Below, piece after piece: positions 24,122 to 37,365 of a stretch of DNA of 64,000 nt (within the stretch, counting starts at the first letter, position 1; the number at the start of each line of letters is the position of its first letter). A model generated the notes under the pieces. The model ran no database searches and was not told where the DNA came from. It was given only the letters and a program-made list of their open reading frames with translations. Position numbers and translations under genes: made by a program. The stretch covers positions 186,001-250,000 of the forward strand of contig MU008152.1 of assembly GCA_010909165.1 (NCBI GenBank). Direction: 5' to 3'. This DNA comes from Anthoceros angustus (lineage: Eukaryota; Plantae; Anthocerotophyta).

Positions 24122-26450
24122 TGGTTGTTTCCGGTGGAGTTTGGCCGTGTTTCGCGAGGACGGCATTGCCGTTGACGCTTGATCACCTCGATCCTGGTTG
24201 CCCAGCGGCGGTGTCGAAATACGATTTGTTTCGAATCTTCTAGTCAGGTGCTTGGATCGACTGCTGGTTGCATGTTGGACTGAGGTTGATGTACTCTAGG
24301 GATTGAGCACTGGAGCTTACGGTGGCTTGACACTTCCTTGGAGAGAAGGCTGAATTGTCTGAAGGCCTATTGGCCGTTCTGGAGGCGATGGGCCGAATCT
24401 TGATCGGTGCTGTTGAATTAGGGCACAAGGTTGAGCTGCTCCTGTTTTTCAGAATTCTGACACTCGGCACACTTGGTGATGCATGTTGACGAGGGAGTGG
24501 GGGAATCTGCCTACCAGTTGAGATCGAGAGTGGTGCCTCGGCATACGACTGTCGCCGACGGAGGAATTTTCACAGACGAGCGACAATTGTTGTGAAGCCT
24601 GGGTTGCAAGCTATTGAGGCATGTACAGAGTCTCGGAAAGCTCACTTCGTAATCAGAGGGATTATGCGCTCAATTGGTGATCGGTTGGTCTCCATTCTCT
24701 GCTATTTTGCAAGAAGAAGAGGCAGCTAGGGGATCGCTAAGAGTCTAGTGGATCAAACGACATGGCCGAGCCGGTCATCGGCATCGAGGCGAGAAAAGTT
24801 CTCGCGCACTGCATACTCTTTGTGATTTCAAGCTTTACTTCAATTTTCTAACCAGCCGGGTCAAGTTCAAACATGGTGCAGCCTTTACAAATCGGTATAT
24901 GTTTGAGCAACTTCCGGGATACATGGCTGATAAAGCTTTGGATCTGTATGAGGCTCATTGTGAGAGATTGTTGAGTAGCACGCTTGCACCTAATCCGCCT
25001 TTCGCAAGCTTTGCGGTGGCGTATAGCTTTGCATGCTTCGCATTACACATCGGGTAATTGCCAATTACAATCAAGAGCATATAGATAAGCATGGTTGTTT
25101 AGTGAGTGATCGTGATGAATAAGCGAATGCGCTTATTCACAATTAGGGTTAGAAGAAGTGACAGTCGAATCGCGCACTCACCACATGGCGGAACAAGATG
25201 AGTAGTCATGATGTGGATCTGCATGCGCGGGAGCTTGGACCTGAAGATAAAAGCGCAGGAGAGCAAGGCAGTAAGTGGTTGTTAGAGTCTTCTTTGTGCA
25301 AGCAGCTGGTTATGGTAGCCACAATGAATCACTTCAACTTTTGAGACAATCTGAGTTTGCTGCTATGCTTGAGTGAACACTTGAAAGTGATCACTGGCAT
25401 TGCTTGCTGTGATGATGAACTGCCAACCCCAAACGAGACTCAGCTGAGAATCGCATTACAGAGACTCGTGTTGTGATCCGATCCTTTGTTTTGTTTCGAC
25501 CTACTTTTACTCTAACAACCACCTCGAGAGGGAGGCTAATTACGTGGTTTGTTTCCGGTGGAGTTTGTGTTTCATGTTTTATTGCCGGTTGACGCTGATC
25601 ACCTCGATCCTGCTGCCCAGGTCGAAATACGATTTGTTTCGAATCTTCTAGTCGTGCTTGGATCGACCCGGTTGCATGTTGGATCGAGGTTGATGTACTC
25701 TAGGGATTGAGCAATCGGAGCTTACGGCTTGACACTTCCTTGGAGAGAAGGCTGAATTGTCCAAGTTGGCCGCTTCCGAGGCGATGGGCGAATCTTGATC
25801 GGCTGGAATTAGCACAAGGTTGAGCCGCCTCTGCTTTTCGACACTCGACAGGCACACTTGGTGATGCATGTTGACGAGGGAGTGGGGGAATCTGCCTACC
25901 AGTTGAGATCGAGAGTGGTGCCTCGGCATACGACTGTCGCCGACGGAGGAATTTTCACAGACGAGCGACAATTGTTGTGAAGCCTGGGTTGCAAGCTATT
26001 GAGGCAAGGTACAGAGTCTGCAGGAAAGCTCACTTCTTCAGAATCTGTAGAGGGATTATGCGCTTCTGACTTGGTGACTGTCGGTTGGTCTCCATTCTCT
26101 GCTATTTTGCAAGAAGAAGAGGCAGTTGTGGACGACTGCGAAGAGTCTAGTGGATCAAACGACATGGCCGAGCCAGGGTCATCGGCATCGAGGGCAGAAA
26201 AGTTCTCGGGCAGACCTGGTACTCAGACTCTTTGTGATTTCAAGCTTTACTTCAATTTTCTAACCAGCCGGGTCAAGTTCAAACATGGTGCAGCCTTTAC
26301 AAATCGGTATATGTTTGAGCAACTTCCGGGATACATGGCTGATAAAGCTTTGGATCTGTATGAGGCTCATTGTGAGAGATTGTTGAGTAGCACGCTTGCA
26401 CCTAATCCTTTCTGAAGCTTTGCGGTGGTGTGGTGCACTTGCATGTTTCA
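23604..26450. repeat. ~1.44 kb tandem duplication (LTR end, leader, gag start) with scattered small indels
   Basis: TTACACATCGGGTAATTGCC at 23604 and 25043; the copies stay collinear to the gag N-terminus. Confidence 0.85.
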
Positions 26451-27244
26451 GCTGTCGCACATCGTCGGTATTGCTGGGACTATTTCTCCTACTACGGAAC
26501 CACCTACGGTGATTACCATGACGCCTCAAGAGAGGGCTGTGGCTACTGTGGGGATTGCTGAAGTTATGGAGGTGCCTGCATGTGTTAATCCTGTTGAGGA
26601 GTTCTTCATCATCTTGGAGAAAGCTTTTCCATTCAAGACACCTGAGAAGATAGCAGAGCTTGCTGCCTTCACTCGGAAGAAAGGAGAGACGGTTCCTGAT
26701 GAAGGCGTTACGGGAAGGGACAGGAATGCTTACGGATCAGGAGGCTGCACAGAAGTTTCTTAGTGCTTTGGAGACGAAGCCATTGTTCCAGTTTCAGTTG
26801 TTTACATCTTTAGTGGATAAATACGGGGACCAATATATGCTTGATCAAGTCTTCCAGGAAGCAGAACGGAAGAAACTGGCATTCTTAGCGTATGCTTATA
26901 AACATACTAAGTCTTATGCACATTACCAACATATGTTTGCTAGCAAGAGTGTTGTGCCTGCAGTTGGTACATCTAGCATAACTCATGTGTTGAAGCCTAA
27001 GCCTGCCAAGGCAGTTTCCACAGTCACTTTTTCACCCATCTGTAACCGCTGTGGGAGTACTGAGCATCTCTCGCCAGCGTGCAAGTGCTCCGTTGAGGCA
27101 CTTTATTGCACACATTGCCACAAGACGGGACATGTAGTTATCGTTTGTTTTCAGAAACATCTTGAACGTCGTTATCAAAAGCATGGAGGTGGAGAAGCCG
27201 AGGTTGCCACTTCCACCGCCAGCAGTGCACGGCCGCCTTCGTGA
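26164..27244 (+). pseudogene. Gypsy gag, frameshifted, with two CCHC zinc knuckles
   Basis: MAEPG...EKFSG...; FPFKTPEKIAELAAFTRKKGET; CNRCGSTEHLSPAC and CTHCHKTGHVVIVC both fit CX2CX4HX4C. Confidence 0.8.
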
Positions 27245-30200
27245 CTGCTAGTACGGAAGCAGCTCCCACTAAGAGCAAGCTTCGACGTGAGAAGGAGAAA
27301 CGCAAAATTGCGGCTGGTACTGAGAAGATGTCAGCACTTGAGACTGCCATGACGGCTCTCACTACTCAGATGAGTGTGTTGATGACAAGTTTGGCCTAAG
27401 GGCGCTTGAGCTAATATCCGCTCAGACGGTGAGGAAGAAGACTATGGAAGTCCTGGTGTGTGTAAGAGGGAAGATGCCGAGGCATCCGAGGTTGTCATCA
27501 GAGCGTAGCACACAAGCGGACAACGGTGTTGCCTGCCGCCACACGAATGCAGTGCCGTAGCGCGGATGCCACAATCTTTCGTTCCTTTGCCGCTAGGGAC
27601 AGCTGCTTCATTGAGAGGCGATCACCGCCACTTACAAACGAGCGAGGAACATAGCTCGCCAGGTGAGATGTTACACTTGGCTTCAACTGGGCGGAAGGGA
27701 GACCTTGTTCAAAAGCTGATTCACGCTCCATCATTCACATTGGATGAGTTGGGGGTGGGATTGACTCAGGTTCATTCCATGCTTCAAGACGTGTTGGCCC
27801 CACGGCTGGCTCTAGAGAAGTCGAGTCATGATGCTGTGATGCAGGCTAATGTGTTATCTTGTCAACCTCCAGAATCAACATGGGTTGACCAATTGACATC
27901 GGCCCAAGGGCTAATGGCCTCACAGTTGGCAAACATGTCAAAGGGGCATCCGATGGTACCTTTACCAATCAAGCTGATGTATGGTTAATCACACATTAGT
28001 GGATAATCGTGAAGGCCATGTCACTGTCAATGGAGTCGCTCCTAGAGTCGCTTCATAGACACAGGGCCCAACTCATCATAGGGCAAACATTGGTCGCTAG
28101 ATCAGCTCATGGGCTCGCTCTCAAGAGCTCAACCCGAATATTCAGATCGCAACTGTGGGGCCAGCAGAGGAGAAACAATTTATCCCGTAGTTGTTGCTTT
28201 TACGACCGGGTTCTCGCCGATGCCGCCACCATGGAGTACATTGTCTCGCTTCAGCCCACCACCATGACATTCTCGGGCGAGTTCATGTTTCTCCCGGTAT
28301 AGATAACTGGACAATAAAGCTTTATCTACCGACCGGCAGTGGAGGGCGCCCGCTGGCCTACATTCCTTGATCTTCATCACCGCACTGCTGATGCCCATAT
28401 GTTGATGACGGTGAGGCACGTTTCTGGATCGCGGTTTGCCTAAGGATGACAACCGGGTATCCTGGCTCTTTGAAGTGGAAGGCGAAGTGATCTCAAATGC
28501 TGTGGTCGCCGATGAAGCACTGAATGCCAGCTTTTCAGCTACAACCTGAGGTTTTGGAGCCTGATGCAACTTGGATGGATGCAGCTCGGGCTCATGTCAT
28601 TTTTGCCATGGAACAATTTCACAAGGGAGCAGGTGCTGACGATAGCACACTGCCGATTGTAGTTATGCATTCGGCATTGGAGCCACTTCACCAGCAAACA
28701 ATTACGTGGACTACCCCTTGTGATGGATGTGTGTTGGTGGAGCTTTTTGCAGGCATCTGTTCTGGATTGGAGGTAGCATTACGGCTACTTTATCAAAAGC
28801 ATGGAGGTGGAGAAGCCGAGGTTGTCACTTCCACTGCAGCCAGTGCTGCTGCGTCTTGAGACTCTAGCAGGCGGCTCCCACTAAGAGCAAGCCGGTGAGA
28901 AGGAGAACGCATAAAGGTGCGGTGGTCTTGAGAAGATGTCGACGCAGGGGCCATGTCGGCTCTCACTACTCGGATGAGTGTGTTGGCGCAAGTTTGGCGC
29001 TAAGCCGGTAGGCGATTGAGCTAATATCCTGTTCGGGACGGTGAGGAAGAAGACTGATCACACTGGTGTGTATGCGATGCTGAAGATGCCGAGGCATCCG
29101 AGGGTTCGTGGCCGTACACAGCGGACAACGGTGTTGCCCAAGCCGACTACAGTCTGCGTGGATGCCACAATCTTTCGTTCCTTTGCCGCAGGGGCTCATT
29201 GAGAGGCGATCACGCCACTTACAAATGAGCTGGAGGAACATAGCTCGAGCCCACGGAGATGTTACACTTGGCTTCAACCGTGGCGGAAGGAGACCTTGTT
29301 CAAAAATGATTCACGCTCCATTATTCACTTTGGATGAGCGGGGTGGGATTGACTCGAGTTCATTCCATGCTTCAAGACGTGTTGGCCCCACGGCTCTAGA
29401 GAAGTCAGTCATGATGTGATGCGGGCTAATGTGTTATCTTGTCAACCTCGTAATCAACATGGGTTGACCAATTGACATCGGCCCAAGGGCTAATGGCCTC
29501 GCGATTAACAAACATGTCAGGCATCCGATGGTACACCTACCAATCGGTTGCGGATCTTTGATTAATCACACATTAGTGGATAATCGTGAAGGCCATGTCG
29601 CTCAATGGAGTCGCTCCTAGAGTTACATTGGCAGGGGCCCAACACTCATCATAGGGCAAACATTGGTCGCTAGATGCAGCTCATGGGCTCGCTCTCAAGA
29701 GCTCAACTTTGGAATATCGCACACGGCGGGGCCGTTGAGCCGGTCTGAGGAGAAACAATTTATCCGTAGTTGTTGCTTCGGACCGGGTTACGCGATCTTG
29801 TCACCATGAGGTACATTGTCTCGTTCGCCACCATGACATTACGCCTCGGGCGAGTTCATGTTTCCTCCCGGGGTGGGCATAGATAAGCTGGCCAGAACGG
29901 GCTTTCTATCGGCGACCGGCAATGTGGAGGCGCCGCTGGCCTACATTCCTTGGATCTTCATCACCGCACTGGCATATCGGTTGATGACGGTGAGGCACGT
30001 TTCTGGATCGCGGTTTGCCTAAGGATGACAACCGTATCCGCTCTTTGAAGAGGAAGGCGGCACTCTCAAATCTGGTCGTGGGAAGCACCAATGCCCACAT
30101 TAACGAGGTTTTGAAGCTGCAACTTGGATGGATGCTCGGGCTCATGTCATTTTGCCATGGAACAATTTGGGAGTGCGGTCAGCGATAACTGCACTTGGGT

Positions 30201-30328
30201 TGTAGTTATGCATTCGGCATTGGAGCCACTTCACCAGCAAACAATTACGTGGACTACCCTTGTGATGGATGTGTGTTGGTGGAGCTTTTTGCAGGCATCT
30301 GTTCTGGGTTGGAGGTAGCATTACGGCT
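27172..30328. repeat. ~1.6 kb tandem duplication (gag end, protease, DNMT motif I)
   Basis: TTATCAAAAGCATGGAGGTGGAGAAGCCGAGG at 27172 and 28790; both copies end at GAGGTAGCATTACGGCT. Confidence 0.85.
27960..28330 (+). pseudogene. Retroviral-type aspartic protease relic
   Basis: TTC ATA GAC ACA GGG = FIDTG (DTG at 28058-28066); consensus of the two copies DTGAQ(P)LIIG; downstream EFMF...IDNWT. Confidence 0.7.
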
Positions 30329-32007
30329 TGGGCTGCCTATCAAAAAGTATATCTATCGTGATTGCCCTCATGCGGGCGATAGCCATCTTCCGCTACAACA
30401 GCAAGAATAATTTCCATCACTTGTCTCAGCGGCTGTGATGCTTTCACCGCTTTGCCTCAAGACATTTTGCTGGTTCAGCCTTGTCACATTCGCCAATTAG
30501 CACATGTGGACCTGGTAGTGGCCGGCTGGGAATGTCAGGGTTTTTCTAGAGCTGGTGGAGGAGCTGGTTTGCCACCTGTGAACCGGATCATGCACTTCAT
30601 TGGTTCAAGTGATGAGATGGATTCAGAATGCATATCCCAGGGCTCTTTATGTGTTCGAAAATACTCCAGCTCATTTTGACCGCGTTCAAGAGATATCGCT
30701 ATCGTGCGCCTTGTACTGGGCCTTTTGTTATGGACGCACGTTGGCGCTATGCTCATCGCTTGAGGAGTTATTGGACCAATTGGGCTCCTACGAAGGTTTC
30801 AACCGCGGCCTTGACATACACACGGCGAGATCCTCGCCTGGGCCAGGATGTGCTTGACCCCAAGCATGTCCCGCGCTGCAGGTGGTCTTGAGCGAGCTCC
30901 TTGGTTCCCTTCCAATCACGTGGGTGAGCCGCGGCCGACGCTGCTCACACCGGTTAGTTTTTCCGCATCCCATGCGATAGGGGAATGTGATCCGATCCAC
31001 AAGGCTGTTTGGTAGTAATGTATGCTAGCGGATAGGTAGAATAGAAGAAATGAATTATCAAGTGAATAAACATGAAAAACAAAAGGTATTTATAGTACAA
31101 CGTATTTAACCTAAATTGGTAGAGATATTTAACCCGAGATGGTTACTCATTTAACACTCCCACTTAACCTCGACGGGCTAAAGTAGAAAGCTAATTGAAA
31201 CTTATCCAGTAAACCCTAGATGACACGACGCTTCGGATTCCTGCTCCTCGGAGTAAGCCCCAACAGGATGGACGGCTTCGTTCCATGGTTCGCGCCCGCC
31301 ATTGTGCTGAAATCGCCTCCTCGCCTTCCTCATCGCACCATCATCATACGGCTTGGGCTGCCTATCAAAAAGTATATCTCTTGTATGTGATTGCCACATT
31401 GTGCGGCGCGCAGCCATCTTCCGCTCCTAGCAGTTAAATTTTCCATCACTCTTGTCTCGAATGCTTGCCGAGGATGCTTTCACCGCTTTGCCTCAAGACA
31501 TTTTCTTGGTTCACCTTGTCATTCGCCAATTAGCACATGTGGACTCGTGGGACATTTGGGAATGTCGAGTTTTCTAGGTGGTGGAAGCTGGTTTTAACAC
31601 CAGGCTGGTATTTACTTCATTGGTTCAAGTGATGAGATGGATTCAGAATGCATATCCCAGGGCTCTTTATGTGTTCGAAAATACTCCAGCTCATTTTGAC
31701 CAGCGATGTTCAAGTGATATCGCTATCGTGCCTTGGGCCTCCTTTTGTTATGGACGGTGCACAAGTTGGCAGCTATGCTCATCGTTTGAGGAGTTATTGG
31801 ACCAATTGGGCTCCTACAACAAGCAGCCTTGCGACACGGCGAGATCCTCGCCGATTGGCCAGGATGTGCTTGACCCCAAGCATGTCCCGCGGCCAGTGTG
31901 TGGCCCGGAGCGAGCTCCTTGGTTCCCTTCCAATCACGTGGGTGAGCCGCGTCGTACGTTGCCTACACTGGTTAGTTTTTCTGCATCCTATGCGTATAGG
32001 GGGAATG
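30195..32007 (+). pseudogene. DNMT3-like C5 cytosine methyltransferase, N-terminal part (motifs I-VIII), two overlapping copies
   Basis: VLVELFAGICSGLEVALRLGLPIKKYIY (motif I), VDLVVAGWECQGFSRAG (IV), VQVMRWIQNAYPRALYVFENT (VI), FVMDGAQVGSYAHRLRSYWTNWAP (VIII; compare DNMT3 AAHRARYFWGN). Motif I is also present at 28731-28766. Confidence 0.85.
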
Positions 32008-32390
32008 TGATCCGATCCACAAAGCATCGGTTGCTTGGTAGTAATGTATGCTAGCGGATAGGTAGAATAGAAGAAATGAATTATCAAGTGAATAAACATG
32101 AAAAACAAAAGGTATTTATAGTACAACGTATTTAACCTAAATTGGTAGAGATATTTAACCCGAGATGGTTACTCATTTAACACTCCCACTTAACCTCGAC
32201 GGGCTAAAGTAGAAAGCTAATTGAAACTTATCCAGTAAACCCTAGATGACACGACGCCCTTTGATTCCTCGCCCCTCGAGTAAGCCCCCGCCCAACAGGA
32301 TGGGCGGCTTGCTCCATGGTTCGCTACATGCATTGCGCTGAAATCGCTCTCCTCGCCTTCCTCATCGCACCATCAGTCATACAGCTTGTC
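30327..32390. repeat. ~1.02 kb tandem duplication (DNMT body, Copia 3' LTR, RNase H tail)
   Basis: CGGCTTGGGCTGCCTATCAAAAAGTATATC at ~30324 and ~31349; both copies carry the same LTR junction GGGAATG|TGATCC. Confidence 0.85.
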
Positions 32391-33003
32391 CTCAAGATGG
32401 TCAGGTCTGTGAGCATGGGGCTATCCAGCCAGAAGCGACCGAAGGGAGGCAAGACTCGAGGCCAGGAAGAAGGATCACAAGGCTCGAACAACTCCACAGC
32501 AACAAGGAAGACAACAACACAAGACAAAGGCGCTTATTAAATCTAAGAAGGGCGGTGCACGGCAGGGAGATTGGAGAAATTGCTGGAAGAAGCACAAGCT
32601 CGCACAACCCAGCTGAAAGAACAGGCCGAAGCAGGCGTGGAAATGAGAGAGGACGACAGGGAGCTAACGGCGGATGAGTGGGATCTGGGCGCACCAGTTT
32701 AATACATGCTTACCCAAAGATGGAGGCGTGACTCTAGAGGTAACACTGTCGACTTATTCTTAAGTTTCCATGTGCTAGGCTTGGATAGACGTGGGGCTTC
32801 ATCCTCTAAACATGTGGAAAATGGACAAATTGGTCTAACTTTGCTTGGCTCCAGCTGAAGCCATCTGAGTATGGGGGTGACTGACAAGCTAAAGTGCATG
32901 TCTCACGCGCTTGTGTGTAGGTATTATCATAAGAGGGAAACATGAGGCAAGACCACTAGGGATGTTGGAGGTACGCTAGGACTGCCACTCATGTAAGCCT
33001 AAG

Positions 33004-36000
33004 TTATGCAATAAAGTACTGTGAGAAATCCACAAGGCCCAGGCCTTCTACGTGTGCCTCATGCTTGTGTTTGGGCAAGGGTTTTGTGAGAATGTCAGCA
33101 ACATTGGAGTCTGTGTGTATATAGGTAGGCAGAACAATACCTCTGGATTTCACATCTCTAACATAATGATGCTGAATCTCGATGTGCTTGGTACGGGCGT
33201 GGAAGCGAGGGCGTTCAACAAGAGCAAGAGCAGACTGATTGTCGCAAAAAAGGATGGTAGGTTCTGGCTGTTCTGCGTGTGCTGAAGCCAGGAAAGCTCT
33301 CTCCCACTCCACCTCTTTGGCCGCATCAGTCAAGCACTTATATTCCGCCTCTGTGCTAGATAAAGCTATACTTGGTTGTTTTTTACAGCTCCAATTAACA
33401 GCAGCAGAGGACAGAAGAAAGGCATAAGTCGAAAGACTCTTGCAAGAATCGCCATCAGAGGCCCAGTCAGCATCAGCAAAACCATGCAAGGTAGGATGTG
33501 AGCCTCCTCGCTTGTAGCATAAGCCCAAATAGTGAGTACCTTTAAGGTAACGAAATACACGTTTAACCGCTGTCCAGTGATTTCTCCCAGGACACTCCAA
33601 GAATTGGGAAGAAGTATTCACGGCAAAGGTGATGTCTGGACGTGTCCAATTACTCACAAAAAGAAGGCTTCCCACAGCATGTCTGTAAGGAACATCCTGC
33701 ATATCGGCAATGTCCATGGCAGAGGTAGGGCTGTCCAGTTTTGAAAGTCGCACACCAGTTGCTCCAGGTGTGGCAGCAGGGTGAGCTGAATCCATGTTGA
33801 AGCGTTGCAGAATTTCAGAGATATATTTGTGTTGATGTATAATAATCATGCCCTTCTCTCTCACTCGCAGCACTTGAATCCCAAGGCAAAACTTCAGCTC
33901 ACCAACATCAGTCATCTCGAATTCATTGCGTAACATGGTTTGAACTTTGGCTAACAATTGTTTGTCGTTGGCTGCAAATATAGCATCGTCGACATACACA
34001 GCCAGCAGCACATAAGAGGAGCCATCATCATAGATGTAAACTGAGGGGTCAGCAGGACTCTGGCGAAAGCCAAGTGCACGCAGGCAAGTGTCTAGTCTAG
34101 CATTCCAGCGTTCTGCTGATTGTTTCAAACCATAAATGCACCTGATTAACTGGCAGACCCAATCCGGATGTGCAGGGTCCTCGTAGCCCTCGGGCTGCTC
34201 CATGTACAACTCTTCCTCCAAAACACCATGTAAGAATGCAGTTTTGACGTCCATTTGTTCAAGCTCCAGATCATGTTCAGCTGCTAAAGCAAGAATGAGA
34301 CGGATAGACTGGGATCTGACTACTGGAGAGAAGGTCTCCTGGAAGTCGAGGCCTGGAATTTGGGTGAACCCCCTAGCACACAAGCGAGCCTTATATCTAG
34401 CAATCTCCCCCTTAGAGTTAAGCTTGTGTTTAAAGACCCACTTACACGTAATGGGTCTACGGCCTTCAGGACGGGGAACCAACTTCCAGGTGCCATTCTG
34501 AATTAAACTATTGTATTCATCATGCACAGCATATTTCCATTTGTCCTGGTCTGGGCCTGAAAAGGCTTCCTTGAGTGTAACAGGTTTAGGAGGAATGACA
34601 GGCAGGGAGACAGAATGGATAGTGGGAGCAGATCACCACGGCTATCAATAGAAGTATATCCATTCGGAAGGCGGACACGTGTGGATCGACGAACAGGCTG
34701 ATGTGGATCAACTGCTGGGACAGGTAATGGCTCTCCTTCACCCGTAGAATCAGAATTTTGGGAAGAATGATCTATATCTGTGTGATCGGAATCTGTATCT
34801 GACTGATGATCTGGATGTGGAACAGGATCTGCAGCAGGTACGTCTACTTGTATGTCACCAGCTGGAGGTTCAGGATCAGGGACTGCTAATGGAATGGGGA
34901 TGGTTGGGCGGAGGTGTACCATAACAGCCGTGTGGTGGCAAGGAATAGCCGACAAGATTCCACTGGCCATCGGTAGTCAAATGTTCCTCTGTGAACATCA
35001 AAGGGCCTTCGTGTCGTTCAACCAGTATGTTGTCCCCTGTGACTGGTGGCTCCAATGTCTCTAGGAAAGTAACACTCCTTGCTACAGTTGGCTGTAAAGT
35101 ATCTGCATCAATAAGTTTATAGCCTTTGGCAATTTCGCTGTAGCCAACAAATACTAACCCCTTTGAGCGATTGTCGAGTTTACGCCTCTTCTCAACAGGT
35201 ATGTATGCAAAGGCTTTCGAGCCAAAAACGCGAAGATGAAGAATGCTTGGTTTGCGCTTCCAAAATCTCTCGAAAGGTGTACTATCTGGAACAGACTGTG
35301 ACGGAAGTCTGTTGAGTATATAGGTGGCTGTCACCACTGCTTCTGCCCAATATGGGGAAGGTAATCTTGACCACAAGAGCATTGATCTCGTCATGCCCAT
35401 TAATGTTTGATTCTTTCTCTCGGCAACCCCATTTTGCTGCTGCGTATATGGAACAATGAGCTGATGAATAATCCCTTGGCTGGTCAGGAACTCCGTGAAG
35501 GCATGACTGACAAATTCGCCACCATTGTCAGTCCTGAAGAGCTTGAGTAAACAACCGGTTTGACGCTGCACCATGGTCAACCAATCCTTGAAGATAGGAA
35601 ATGTATCACTCTTATGATGCATAGGGTATGTCCACGTATACCGGCTATAGTCGTCAGTTAACGTCAGATAATAGGATGCGCCTCCTAATGATTGAGTTTG
35701 TAGTCTGCCAGAGATGTCTGAGTGCACCAAGTCGAGGACTGATGTTGTCCTGTGTGCAGGTGCTCGTGGAAAAGGAGTCTCCCGTTGTTTAGCAAGAGTG
35801 CAAACTTCACAAATAGGCAACTCCTTGAAGCAACGTGGGAGAGGCTCCCGATAGCAATCCTGCTTAGAGGTATCAATCAATTTAGTTCTATTAGCATGGC
35901 CCAGGCGTGCATGCCACAGCCTGGCCTGCTGGACAGCTGTAAGGCTGCCAACTGTAGTAGAACATGCTTGCTGTCGACGGAGACAGAAAATATCTAGACG

Positions 36001-37365
36001 ATATAATTCTGAATCTACAAAAGCTTTGAAGATACATACAGCTGGAGCACTACATCTAGAGAAACAACAAGCGTCTTCTGAGACGGTAAGGACTAGATCC
36101 TTCATTTTCATCAATTTGCTGAGTGACATCAAGTTCTTAGCCATCTTTGGTACATACAGGACATCTGGGAGGACTAACACGCTATCATCGTGTAAGGGAA
36201 ACTTGCAGACTCCTCTACCAAGGATCTGAAGACTACTCCCTATGCTCTCATCACCTAAGTATACCTTTTCAGCGATTGCTGATAGTGTTAAACTAGTGAA
36301 GAGAGACGCATCCCGACAGATGTGGGCTGTTGCCCCTGAGTCCAAAAACCACCAATCCACCTCACTCGTCAAAGTGTTATTAAGACAAACAGTAAGAATC
36401 TTCACTACTGGCTTGCCTGAATTTGTGGATGTTGTTGAGGACTGTTTGTCCTGACTAACTTGATGTGTGGTTATATGTGCAGAGGGTCGAGAAGAAGCCC
36501 GTTGAGGCTCGCCAGCTTTCTTTTTCCGGCATTCTCGTGCCCAATGTCCTGGAGTACCACACCAATTGCATGTACCTTGTCGTTTCGGAGCAGAGGAAGA
36601 TGAACCAGTGTTGCCAGGTGTATAGAAACCGGGAACAACACGTTGATTCAGATTCCGCCCTCTGCCTCTGCCTCTGCCTCTGGTTGTAAAGAAAACCTTG
36701 TCAGTTTTGTTTGGCTTCTGCTGCCCTCTCATAAGGCGTGTTTGTTCTTCTTGGTAGAGGGCTGCCACAACATGCTCCAGAGAAGGTTGTTGAGCACCAG
36801 CGGGAAGAGCCTGGCCGGGAAGGGCAATAGGCATGTTCTGAAAGTGACAAGGTCCGATAACTGCGGTGGAGGTCGACTGCAATTGTGCCAGCACCGTGAC
36901 CGCCTGGGGGGCTCCTGCGTTGAGTTGAGATCGCAAGCGTCGAAATTTGCTGATATGATGTGAGACAGACTCACCATCTCTCATTCGCAAACTGCAGAGC
37001 TCAAAGCGAACTTGACAGAGGGTCATCATATTCTGAACCTTGTAAGTATTTGTCAATTGATCCCAAATATCTTTAGCCTTCACCAGGTATTCAGTTTGAG
37101 GAATAAGGTCAGCGTCCAAACCGTTGACCAAGAGAGCAATGGCAATGGAATTGAAACCATCCCACTTGTCCTTGTCAGCTTGAGTGAAACCTGAAGTAGT
37201 TCCTGCCGCACCAGGTACACCAGGATCCGGGTAGGAGCCATCAACAACACTCCAGACACCACGAGCTACCAAGGTAGTTTTCATGCGAACCTTCCAAATA
37301 TCAAATCTTGTCCCATTGAAGCGGTCTTTATCCTTTATGTCAGATGTGAATGAAGGAGTTGCCAT
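33004..37365 (-). CDS. Ty1/copia gag-pol (element B), nearly intact, two frameshifts in the IN-RT linker
   Basis: Gag FDIWKVRM; knuckle CNWCGTPGHWAREC; protease WFLDSGATAHI; integrase HARLGH/CEVC, HSDISG, TDNGGEF, QQNGVAERKN; RT MDVKTAFL, YVDD; RNase H ADWASD, FCDNQSA, ADILTKPL. ORFs 34876-37365, 34503-34970 and 33004-34527. Confidence 0.93.
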
